Source of the DNA: Octopus sinensis
Taxonomy: Eukaryota
DNA length: 64,000 bases
Assembly (NCBI RefSeq): GCF_006345805.1
Contig: NC_043011.1
Coordinates: 2,356,001 to 2,420,000, forward strand
Reading direction: 5' to 3'
Under the pieces are notes generated by a model that searched no databases, was not told the origin of the DNA, and saw only the letters and a list, made by a program, of their open reading frames with translations. Made by a program: the position numbers and the translations under genes. Shown in pieces: positions 52,930-64,000 of the stretch (positions are counted from its first letter, which is position 1; each line of letters opens with the position of its first letter).

Positions 52930-54045
52930 TTCAATTTGAAGAACTGAATTAGTAATAAAGACTGTGAGTGACTAAAATTTGACCTTAAGAATAACTTTGA
53001 AGGGCAGAGTTAGTTGGTATTTTACAAAAAATAAAGAAAACCCCAAGCATAGAATAGCAGTGAAATATGCTTAGAAAACAGGGGAAAAGTGGCTAGCAAG
53101 CCACCACAGAGAATCTTACCCCTCTACTCCCAGTTAAGCGCTCTGTACTGTTAAACTTATGGACCCATGACATCAGATCCTGTCTTTTATAATGCTAAAT
53201 ATCTGAAAATGACAAAAATTATTAGAATTTCTTAAAATGAGCATATTATTCTTTGTCACTTAAAGCGACACCAGTTTTTGTATAGCTAATATTTTTGACA
53301 AGGTTTTCACCATAATATTCACCTCATAGAGCTCTTTCATTTGAATACAAAAATTGTATAGTTTTCTTTTACAATAGCTGAATTATTTTGATTCAGAGCC
53401 AATTTTTGGGCTTGCTTGCTATTTCTTTCATTACTTAAAATCACATAACCTTTCTCAAAGCTAATACTTTTAAATGAGGTATTATCCAAGAGATTCTTCC
53501 CAATGAGCATATTTAATCAATACTTTTCATTTTAAAATAACTGAGTTATTTTTATTTAAAGTCAATTTTTCATGTTACTTTCACATTTTTGACCACACAT
53601 ATTTTCATGTAATTTTTGTAATGAACCACATTTCAATTAATTTTATCTCAAAGTATAGCTCAGGACAGAACCATCATTGCAAAAAAATCTAATTTCAATT
53701 TAGTTGAGAACTGAATTAGGGATGGAAACTGTAAGAGCTTGTGAGTTACTAATGTTTGACCTTAAGAATAACTTTGAAGAGCAGAGTTAGTTGGTATTTC
53801 ACAAAAAATAAAGAAAACCTCAAACACATAATAGCAGTGAAAATAGCTTAGAGGGTCGGTTAAATACCTTAGAAAAAAGGGGAAAAAATTATGCTAGCAA
53901 ACCACTACAGAGAATCGAATCCTCCACCTCCCGAATCTCAGTTAAGCACACTGTACTATTAAGCTAAGAATCCTATGACATCGGGCCCTCTCTTTTATGA
54001 CACTAGATATCTGCAAATGACAAAAAATTTTAAAATTTCTTAAAA
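52930..54045. repeat. Diverged ~310-350-bp direct repeat pair (52930-53237 and 53694-54045), probably DNA-transposon subterminal sequence
   Basis: Shared blocks TTTGACCTTAAGAATAACTTTGAAG.GCAGAGTTAGTTGGTATTT.ACAAAAAATAAAGAAAACC, CAGTTAAGC and ATATCTG.AAATGACAAAAA. Confidence 0.8.
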
Positions 54046-54049
54046 GAAT

Positions 54050-54310
54050 GGGTTGTAGACATGGTGTGTAAGGGTTGAGGTATGGTCTCTGCTCAAAGTG
54101 TTTGGTAATCTTGTATGAAAACGAAAATCTAACGGGTATGTACTACATGTCTAGGCTGCAACTGATGCAGCCTCCTGATATGAAAATTTTCATGCATGTG
54201 CAGGAATGGTAGCTTCATCTCCCATCCAAAGCATTTTACCCATGTAACAATAGTTTGGGCATGAAAAAATAAAGTTGGATATATTTTGAATGCATCTCTG
54301 CACATACATA
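54050..54310 (-). mobile_element. Mariner-like 5' end remnant
   Basis: TIR-like CAGAGATGCATTCAAAATATATCCAACTTTATTTTTT on the minus strand. Weak. Confidence 0.3.
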
Positions 54311-54802
54311 GACATACAAACATATAACTATTAAAGAGAATCCGAATAAATTATGCATTTGTTGTCTGTTACACTGAACGTACTGATATAAGTATAGCCA
54401 GAAGTGACATTGTTTGCATAAACTACATAAACGTCGTTAATATACAGTTTGATATGCTATTCATATTGTTTCCATCATTATGAGCATCATAAACGAAGTG
54501 AATATGCTTAAAGTTGTAATTATATTACAGTATACATTGGACTGAAGCTTGCTGTATGGCACCTATACAAAAAAAAAATTAGCTTTAAATCTAAATAAGA
54601 TATATATTCGTTTTTATTTCAGTCATATGTTCAGAGTTCTTTAACAAAAATGAGGTAAATTCTTTCTTTTTTACTACTGAAATCTGATACCTACTATTAG
54701 AATTTATCGCTTTTTAATGCTTCTCAGAATTTTGTGATTGTCTGATACATGAAAAATTGAGGAACAACTCAAGGCCTGCAGCATCAACAGATTTTTATTT
54801 CC

Positions 54803-54835
<33 letters not shown>

Positions 54836-55125
54836 TTTTTTTTTTTTCAGTAAATTTGAAGGAAAGTTTGTTATTTTCTGAGACATTTAGTTGAGTGATT
54901 GTAGATGAACTGGATGACTTGGCATATGTAATTGATAACAGTATCACTTGCTGCTAGAAGTCTTGGAGACATTATATGACAGAAAGCACTTTATTGGAAA
55001 ACTTAAGAAAATATCATGCAAGCTATTGGCTGAAAGGAATTATTTTTTTAGATAATACATATAAATAGTAAATTTATGCTCAGATACTCAGGTGCTAATG
55101 GAAACAAAACTGGACTAATTCAGCG

Positions 55126-55160
<35 letters not shown>

Positions 55161-55538
55161 CGTGTGTGTGCATGTGTGTGTGTGTGCGTGGTGTATGTGT
55201 GAGCAAGTGTGCAAGTAAATATGCATAATCAATACCTGTACATAAGTCTGTGTATATATTTATGCTTACATATTTACCTGTATATCAATACACCCATATG
55301 CAGAGACAGACAATTGAACACAGAAAACATAACTGGTATTTTATTTAATGTAAATATGTTTCAGCAAGCCAACTGCCATCATTAGGGAAGCTAGTTGGCT
55401 TCACTATGTATCACAATACACTCAATTCAGTATTATTAGTATTTATTGCTGTTGATGTTACCTTTGGTTTTACCTTAGAGAGAAAAAGAATTTCAATTGG
55501 CTTTGAAGGTTAAATTGTTAGTGTTAGAGAGAGGGGGA

Positions 55539-55578
<40 letters not shown>

Positions 55579-57596
55579 AAGGAAAGTGTGAAAGAAGAGG
55601 TAACAAAGAATGGAGAGCTAATGACTGTTAGTGGAGATCAAGTTTTGTTAAAGCAAAGAGAAAATGAAAAGATCACCCTTTCTGACTTACCTACACTTTT
55701 TTCTGGCATCACTTCCCTAGTCCCTTTTCTCAGCACCCCTTTCCTTTTGCTCCTCCTTCCTATATCTCTATCTCACACTCACCACCCTCACTTTTCTCAA
55801 CCTCACACTGACATAACAATATTTTAAAGGTCTGTGTGAGAGAAGAAATTTAAAAACACAACACAATAAATCCCTGATGGGAGGTTATGGCTGAGGAGAA
55901 ACTGATATCCACTGATCAGTAAGAAACTGAGAGCAGAAGATGAGGGAAAAACAAGTTGTAGCATTTGTATTGAAGAAAAAAAGGAAAAACGTTTCACAAA
56001 TTATTTTAAACACAGTTGTTGGAAAGTCCTGAAAAAAGGGAGAAAAGGTGAGAGTTCAGGTAGAGAAGATGAGTGAGGGAGGAATGAGAGGAAAATGGAG
56101 AAAGAAGAATTATGATAGAAAAAAGTTTTTAAGTCGGGTTAAAGGGAATTGGAAAGGCATGTGGAGGAGTGTAAAGAATACAAACAAAAAGGAAAAAATG
56201 AAAAATAAATAAGAGGAGGAGATGAAAAGTATGAGTTCTTGTAGGGGTGAGAAGAGGGAAAAAATTAAAGAAAATTTAGAGGAAAGTTAATTGTGAGTTA
56301 GCTCTTATATAGCAAAATATAAAGGTTCATGAGAAAAAAAGTGAAGACAACACAATAAAAGAATTGGTGAAAAGTCCAGGGCAGTTATACAATTAGTGCC
56401 AAGTCCAAGGTGAAAGGAATGTCTGTAGCATGGTGTGGTGAGGAACTAATGATTGTAGATATGTGTGGAAATAGAAGCATTTGTGAAAAGTCATGAGAAT
56501 CAAAAAGTGTTGAAGAAATGCTAAAACCTGCTGGCTTGAAAATTGGGAAGAATCAGCTGAAAGGAGCTGAGTTGGAGTGTGAAAAGTGTAGAGATTTGTG
56601 GTAGAGACACATAGTAGTGGTAAATAGAGGAACAAGGGATTTGTTTTGATAGGAGACTGAAGAGAAATGGAGCTTAAGAAGTATAAGAAATAGAAGGAAG
56701 AGTAGGTGCAGGTGTGTCTGCGTTAACAAACTACAGGTGAAAAATAGTTGTCAGAATTTAAAGAAAAGAAAAGCAAAGCCCCTCCCCCAAAAGAACCACC
56801 AAATGCAGAGGAGAAAGAAAAGCAAACGGCAAAGCCAACGAAAGTTGCGGAAGAAACCAAACAAACAAGACAAGGAAAAACATGAGAAATAATACAAACC
56901 ACAGAAGAAGGCAAAGAGATGGAATTTGCCACAATAAAATCCCCCAAAAAGGAAAAAGGCCCCAGCTCCAGACTCTCTATCCCATACAAAGAAAACAATA
57001 AAATACAGGAATGTGTATAAGTGGAGCATGAGTATGTGTGTACATGTTTGAGTGTGATTTTGTGAAATAGAACATTGTTTGGAGATATTTTGGTTAGTAT
57101 TTCTAGCAGGTTCAAGTGACCACATATAGAATCCTTCGGTGGATTTTCTGACCTCTTTGGATGGTGTAGTAAGTAAAAGAGAATGTCAGAACTGATTGCC
57201 TAAGGAATGGGAAGAGTGCTGAACTGCTGGGCCGAACGTCCATTATAATGGCCAGCAGACCAGGTCTGCAAGGAAAAGTCAAATTCAGTTAGTGTGGAAG
57301 GTATGCCACTAAAAAAGGTGCATAACTTGTCTGTTTGGCTTCAGCATTAGTACAAAACTCATTGCTGGCAGGTGCTTGAGGTATGAAACATAGGCCTCTA
57401 TTATGAAGAGAGAGGTGTCAAGAGAGGTGGATTGCATAGGGGCTGGGGAAGATGTGATGAGAAAAGGGAGCAGGGGAAATGAGAGAGGGTAATCATTTAT
57501 TTTCTCTTTGCTTTGACTGGAAATCCTCTCCACTAACAGCCATTGCCTTTTCTTTCTCTGTTATCCCATCTCTATCTGTCTATCTGCCTGTCTGTC

Positions 57597-57642
<46 letters not shown>

Positions 57643-57780
57643 TTTCCAATACTAATTATTTAACCTTCAAAACCAATTGAAATATTTTTCCCTTTGAGGA
57701 AAAACTGACTGAAACATCATGCTTATTTACTTCATAGCTTAACATTTTATTCAGTTATATGAACTATTTATTTCTATAAT

Positions 57781-58072
57781 GTTGCCAGCCTCGTCTGGCC
57801 CCATGCTGGTGGCACGTAAAAAGCACCATCCGATCGTGGCCGTTTGCCAGCCTCGTCTGGCACCTGTGCAGGTGGCACGTAAAAAGCACCCACTACACTC
57901 ACGGAGTGGTTGGCGTTAGGAAGGGCATCCAGCTGTAGAAACGCTGCCAGATCAGACTGGAGCCTGGTGCAGCCTTCTGGCTTCCCAGACCCCAGTTGAA
58001 CCGTCCAACCCATGCTAGCATGGAAAGCGGACGCTAAACGATGATAATGATGTTGATGATGATGATGATGAA
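57781..58072 (+). mobile_element. RTE-tailed short element (family C) with an internal tandem duplication
   Basis: Two GCCAGCCTCGTCTGGC...GGTGGCACGTAAAAAGCACC units, the conserved core and a (GAT)n tail. Confidence 0.9.
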
Positions 58073-59313
58073 TGTATGTGTACCAGAATAAGTATGAGAG
58101 GGTATGTGGTTCATCAACATTTGGCTTGAGCAAGTTCTTAAGACTTTTAAGATCCTGATCATCTTCTCTAAGTAGCTTTCACTTTCACTTAAAATAATCT
58201 TCACAACATCACTAAGTAACGGTCACACATAGTTCACTTCAAGTTATAATTACTGAAGGTTTCTGCGAACTTTTAGTCACCTTACATCTGTATATTTATG
58301 TAAATCTGTTCCGAGTATAATGAATACCAGGTATAAATGGAACTAAACTGCCAAACAGATCCACTCAAATATGTTTGTAGACTACTGAACCTCTTCCTCT
58401 CATATATCATTTATATTCATGAATGTAATGAATTATGTGCATAATCAGTACCAAAATACACAATATTTCTGTGGAATAGATAATGTTTATTCTCAGTGGA
58501 ATAGATATAGTACAACCTCTGTGATCTTTACCTATTTTCTCTGATGTATGTTAATTCCTAGACACCTATGACATTTAATTCACCATCAATGGCATTTGAC
58601 CTTCTGCTGAAATCATTCAGGGCTGTTTTGAGGTTTAAGCTGCCTTTAGTATCTTATTACATATGTTTCTCAATTATCTGGAGTATATATGTCTGGGTTA
58701 TCAAATTGCTTATATGATATAGGAACTGAATCTTACCGATTTTACTTCAGAAAGGAGATAATATCAATTTGAAAATATGTTTCTAATTGCATTGTGACAT
58801 TTGCCAATATTCTATCAACCATTTGTGAATGATTGCCAAGTTCATATCCACTGAGATATTTCAATTTTTATCTGGAGAATCTTATTTCTAGATATCAGCT
58901 TGATACATCATAATATCATATTTAATGATTATAAGAAATGAAATGAAGGTTTCCTTTTGTCGTAAAGTGGGTGATTATCGTAGATATTTCCTTTAATTTA
59001 TTTCTATCCTGAAATATTAAACTCTGTTTTATATATGCAGACATCACAAGTCCCATTTTTTGTCAGTTTCTAATGCCGTAAATGTTTATCTAAGTGACAT
59101 AGTGATGAATATCACTCAGAAAAGCATTCATCATTTCTTGAAGTATCTAAAACATTTGCGTCCCTTAACCACATTTAGTTGTTCATATTCTTTTTGCAAT
59201 GAATGTAGAGAAAATCAGCCTGATGAAATCCTTCCTTCTTCAAATCTCTGTAAACAGCAAATTTGAATTTAACAAAGTAAGCTAAAGAAGCTCTCATCAA
59301 GCAGATGCAACTT

Positions 59314-59688
59314 GGGATCTTTTCGGTCTGAACGGCAGTTTTTTCTAGCGGTGTCATATGAAATTGTCACCCATAATTATGACCCTAGTTTCGATCTATT
59401 GCATTTCAATCTGTTTAGGGTTATGGTTAGGGGTGGGGGGAAGGGTATCTTTTTTCTTCACAAATGTAAATAAACCCAATCTGTTTCTTAAACGAGGGAC
59501 ATATTCATACGGCACAGAATGTTTTCAGCTCAATAGACCTCATTGATTGGTTGAAATTGCAGAAATTTTCTCAATAAAACCAAGAGAAAAAGATGTTTTA
59601 TAAACACTTTCTACCAGTATACGAAGTTTAAAAGTGTTTAGTTACCTGGAAATTATTTTAAAAAACTGCTGTTCAAACTGAAAAGATC
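59314..59688. mobile_element. MITE with ~30-bp TIRs and an 8-bp TSD
   Basis: GATCTTTTCGGTCTGAACGGCAGTTTTTT ... AAAAAACTGCTGTTCAAACTGAAAAGATC, with TGCAACTT duplicated at 59306-59313 and 59689-59696. Confidence 0.85.
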
Positions 59689-60454
59689 TGCAACTTTGTT
59701 CCTTTAGTAAATGTTAGAAATACATGATATCATAATGTAAGAAATAGAAACTATATTCCCAATGCCCTTTGCCAGCAATGGCACCCTTACTGATGTGTAT
59801 TTTATTAAAACGATCAGTTCCTGTTTCTTGTCTCTAGTTTAATTAAGTAGTTTAATTGTGTTTAGTCTATTGAGATTTAAATTAATTCAATTATATTCTG
59901 TCTCTTGTTTGACTACTGAAATCAGAAACACATTGGAATAACAACACTTTTCTATTATGCTTACATCCATTTGTCATTTGTATAAGCACAGAAAAAACAA
60001 GCTTGGGAATTGTGAAACAACGTTTTAGTGTTTACTATTTAATGTAAAATAGAAAGTCAAGAGTGCAATTTAATCATATTTATGAAAACATAATCTTTGA
60101 GAGAGAATATTTATAAAGCCAAGATCATCAAATAATTGTCTAGGGATATACAATACAAGATACTTCTCGTAATTTCCTTCTATTTCCTACATATCTTATT
60201 TACTCCCATCGTACGTAGAAATTATGTGGAAGAAATCCACTATGCTTAATTTAAAAGAATCAACTAAAAGAGCTAAATTCTGATTTTGAAGATTAGAAAA
60301 GATAACCTAAATGTATTTTTTCAAAGAAATATACCAAACTAAACGTACAGATATTTTTTTTCCTTGTGTGCTTCAAATATTTAGCCCAATTCAAATTCTT
60401 CCCTTTTCAGACAGAGATATGATATATATATATATATATATACTCAAAGAATAA

Positions 60455-60558
60455 CTCCAGTAATTTGGTACGATCGTTTCACACTACATAATTTTATTAA
60501 ATGTTGTAAGTATTACAACAGTTTTAAAATGCTGAGTACTCATCAGCTATTAATAGAG
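60455..60558 (-). ncRNA. Candidate type I hammerhead ribozyme with extended stem II
   Basis: CTGATGA (plus 60540-60546) and GAAAC-GATC-GTA (plus 60469-60480), with a long intervening hairpin and an interrupted stem I. Confidence 0.45.
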
Positions 60559-61359
60559 GTTTTTTATTAATACATAATTTTCATATCATGTACATGTCGA
60601 AACTGCTAGTCTTTCAATATATACTTATATACTAGATTAGTTAACTGTTTCTTAATTTTATAGATTTAAATGCAGGAGTCTGGTTCATATAATGAAATGT
60701 GGCTTGACTGAATTCAAAAGTTTAAAAATAGATAGCAGATAATTTTGACAAGTGATGAAAATATAGAATGTTAATCAGAAACTGTTTTATTTTTCAAGCA
60801 TTAAGGATTTATGCGTTACTTGGGTAAAAGATTGCTCCTGATTTTAAAGGGCAAAATCTGTCCTTAATGCATATGAATAAATAGTATGCAGCAGAAATTC
60901 ATTTTGATATTTGTTAGGAGATTGAAGATTACATAATGAGTACATCATTCTCAAAAAAATCTTGTTTTCATGTTAAAGAATCAGTGGTTGTGGTTTTAGT
61001 GTTTGATGTTTCACTGAAATGGTAGCATTTCTTTCACACTCTGTTGTTAAATTTATTTTCCTAATGTTCAGATAATGAGGTAGCTACCTAATCCAATTTA
61101 TTTAAACTTTTATTAAAGAACTTCTTTGTTCTTTAGTAAATATGATATTTAGATTTTAATATATTTAAAGCTTTTGTTTTCACAACTGAAAATTCATTTG
61201 CCATTCTAAATGTAATAATCTTTACAGAAAGATGGAATCAAAATGAATATTGTCTTTTGTAGGACTAAGGGACACTACATCATTACTTTATTTGAACTTC
61301 ATTAATCCTTTACTATTTATTGATGTTGTGCTTTTCACATTCAGATTATCATCATTTAA

Positions 61360-61567
61360 CCCTTTCATAACTGTATTTATTTTGAGATGCTCTGTGTTTC
61401 TTTTAATAACAAAGAATTTAGTAAAGTAACTTAGTTATCATTCAGCTAGTGTTAGGAACATAAATTGTGACTAAGGTTTGGTGGAAGATTTTAATTCAAA
61501 ATTTATGAAAACAAGACATTTGTACTCAGAGCCAGAGCCAGTTTCAGCCGGGTTGGTAACGAAAGGG
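61360..61567. mobile_element. piggyBac-like MITE
   Basis: TTAA|CCCTTTCATAAC ... GTAACGAAAGGG|TTAA. Confidence 0.8.
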
Positions 61568-62111
61568 TTAATACAATCATTAATCTCTAGAACATGTTAG
61601 GTCATAAAGATTAAAATGTCTAAGTATGGCTGGGGTATTGCTATATTTAACATGCTCCTTATCTGTTCATTTCTGATCATATACAGTAAGATTATATTTG
61701 AGGCATGTAAGACAATGTTATGAAAAGAGTCATAAAGCTCTTAACCTCTTGCTCTTCAGCATTCATCAATTACTTTATATTATTTATGTCTTACTTGGAC
61801 ATGAGACTAATTGTTCGAGAATAGGCAAATAGGATTTCATAAAACTCATGTAGTGCACCAAAACAGTGTAAGTCATGCTTATTGACTCAGGTTAGATATC
61901 AAAACCTGTTTATCACTAAACCCCTTCAAGATTTATCTCCACTGCATAAATACTTGTACAAGCATCTTCATCACTTTTATTTTAAACTTCATAATGATTT
62001 CCTTTGACTGACACACTATAATCAAAGATTAGTTATTGGGATTGACTTGTACTACATCCCTTGCAATAACTAAAAATTCCTTATAAGATTTCTGTACTAT
62101 TTTTTTTTTTG

Positions 62112-62513
62112 GTTACTCTTTTACTTGTTTCAGTCATTTGACTATGGCCATGCTGGAGCACCACCTTTTAGTCGAGCAAATCGACCTTAGGACTTATTCT
62201 TTGTAAGCCTAGTACTTATTCTATCAGTCTATTTTGCCGAACCGCTAAGTTACAGGTACGTAAACACACCAGCATCGGTTGTCAAGCGATGTTGGGGGGA
62301 CAAACACAGACACACAAACATATACACATACATATATATATACATATATACAACGGGCTTCTTTCAGTTTCCGTCTACCAAATCCACTCACAAGGCTTTG
62401 GTTGGCCTGAGGCTATAGTAGAAGACACTTGCCCAAAGTGCCATGCAGTGGGACTGAACCCGGAAACATGTGGTTCGTAAGCAAGCTACTTACCACACAG
62501 CCACTCCTGCACC
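62112..62513 (-). mobile_element. Full-length SINE family A
   Basis: Near-identical to 8572-8983. Confidence 0.92.
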
Positions 62514-64000
62514 TATTTAAAATTTTTTAAAAATTGTAAATTGATCAAATATTTACTTTTAAGGATATTGAACATTTCAACAAACTTCCAAAAGAGATGA
62601 AAACACTATAACTGGACTGCAAGATGTGTAGCTTTCTTCTATACATCTAGTCAACCCCTTTTATGCCTGTTCAGAAGTAATTGATAAATGATACTGAAAA
62701 ACAACCTTTCCGAGCCACCACCTCAAGCAGTCATTTCAACTAACTCTGAATTTATTGCCTAGGAATAGCATTTATAAAGTATTTCCTGAGACATTGGTGT
62801 TATTCAGTTCTCGGTTGCTAATTTGGTTTACAGCTATACCTCATAATAATATTTCAGCAAATTACTTAAAGGTAGTCGATTACAGTAGATCATCTAATTT
62901 GCTAGTCTCTCTTTTGTTATTTAAAGATTATCACTTGGAAATTATTACATTACAAAATTTGCACTACAAACATGATATAGTGTTAAAGATAAAAGAGAGA
63001 AATGAAATATATTGAAATTAAGTCATTTCATTATTTCCTGTTGGATATTATTATTTGGCTGAAATCACTGCTTTGTGTCATATTTCTTTAGATGTTTGCT
63101 GTAAATTTTCTTTTATTTCATTTTTATGGAGAAAAGTAAAACTGCTTAGACTATTATATTTCAAATGTATAAACGTTTTCCTATTTTTCTTTCTTTTTTG
63201 TAAATCTGGAAATAATTTTTTCTTTACTATTTCAAAATCCTCTAACAATAGATTTCACAACACTAGTATAGTTTCTTCTATTCTTAGGAGTATAGTATTG
63301 CTGGGTTATATTTTTTTTGTATTTTGACAAACATAACCACTTGACATGCCAGAGAGATAGCCTCTACACATTTCATCGATCGACTAGAAATAGCAGCCAA
63401 TTATACCTCAGTCATTCACTCTATTGTCTAATAAAAAAAAAACAACAGAAAAATACATTGGATAATGTAACTAGATATAAATGTCTGGAAAAAAAAACGA
63501 AATGGTTATAGTTGAAATGCATTTGATCCTTTTTCTGTTCAATCAGAAGTAACCCGATGTGAAAGGACATCTGATTAAGGGATGAGATGCTCAAATATTT
63601 TGTCAATTGAAAGGAATATATTCCACTTTGAAGAATTTTAGTCAAATGAATCCCCTTCAATTCTTATTCTTTTAAGCCTGGTATTTATACTATCAGTCCC
63701 TTATGTTGAATCACCAAGTTACAGGGATGTAAAGACACCAATACTGGTTATCAAGCATTAGACAAGAATTTTATTATGAGAGATATTCATCTCAACAACA
63801 CAATTAAGTGAATGCCACAATCATGTAGTTGATATAAATATCACTTGATGTCTTATAAATGATTTCCTTAAGGAGTATTGTGTTCAGAGTTTGCAGATAC
63901 TCCCAGATGAGAAACTTTTCATAGTTGTTATAAAGTGGATCCTCATCCACTTGTATGTTATTGTCAGCACTGCAATATTCTTGATGCCACTATTATGTTG

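Noticed and set aside
56300-57430. LINE-like remnants (K/E/P-rich ORF1-like frame on plus, CR1-like 3' region on minus)
   Set aside because: Low-complexity or too eroded to support a call.
58658-58700. Minus-strand GAAACATATGTA, with the same stem III as the 30099 ribozyme
   Set aside because: No CUGANGA upstream.
63800-63960. Possible decayed C2H2 zinc-finger repeat on the minus strand
   Set aside because: No Cys/His spacing is recoverable in any frame.

Overview
AT-rich, microsatellite-dense eukaryotic DNA with no host protein-coding gene I can support. The SINE, RTE, R4/Dong, Tx1, CR1, mariner, Helitron and piggyBac families look like those of an Octopus genome; this is recognition from memory, not a database search. 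The window is mostly nested transposable-element debris, including a full-length but inactivated mariner (49677-50946) inserted into a Tx1/L1-like LINE ORF2. The most interesting signal is a set of minimal type I hammerhead ribozyme motifs on the minus strand. Two sit at equivalent positions in diverged copies of one short non-coding repeat (30099-30144 and 49137-49181), with different but still-pairing stem I and palindromic stem III. The first lies in an A-B-A partial tandem unit of 333 bp, resembling a retrozyme or Penelope pseudo-LTR. A third candidate with a long stem II is at 60455-60558. Other notable structures are a ~99% identical 324-bp inverted duplication (40466-40789 / 44016-44338) with small hairpins at the junctions, and a ~1-kb composite insert flanked by a 124-bp duplication that starts with a 34-bp perfect palindrome.
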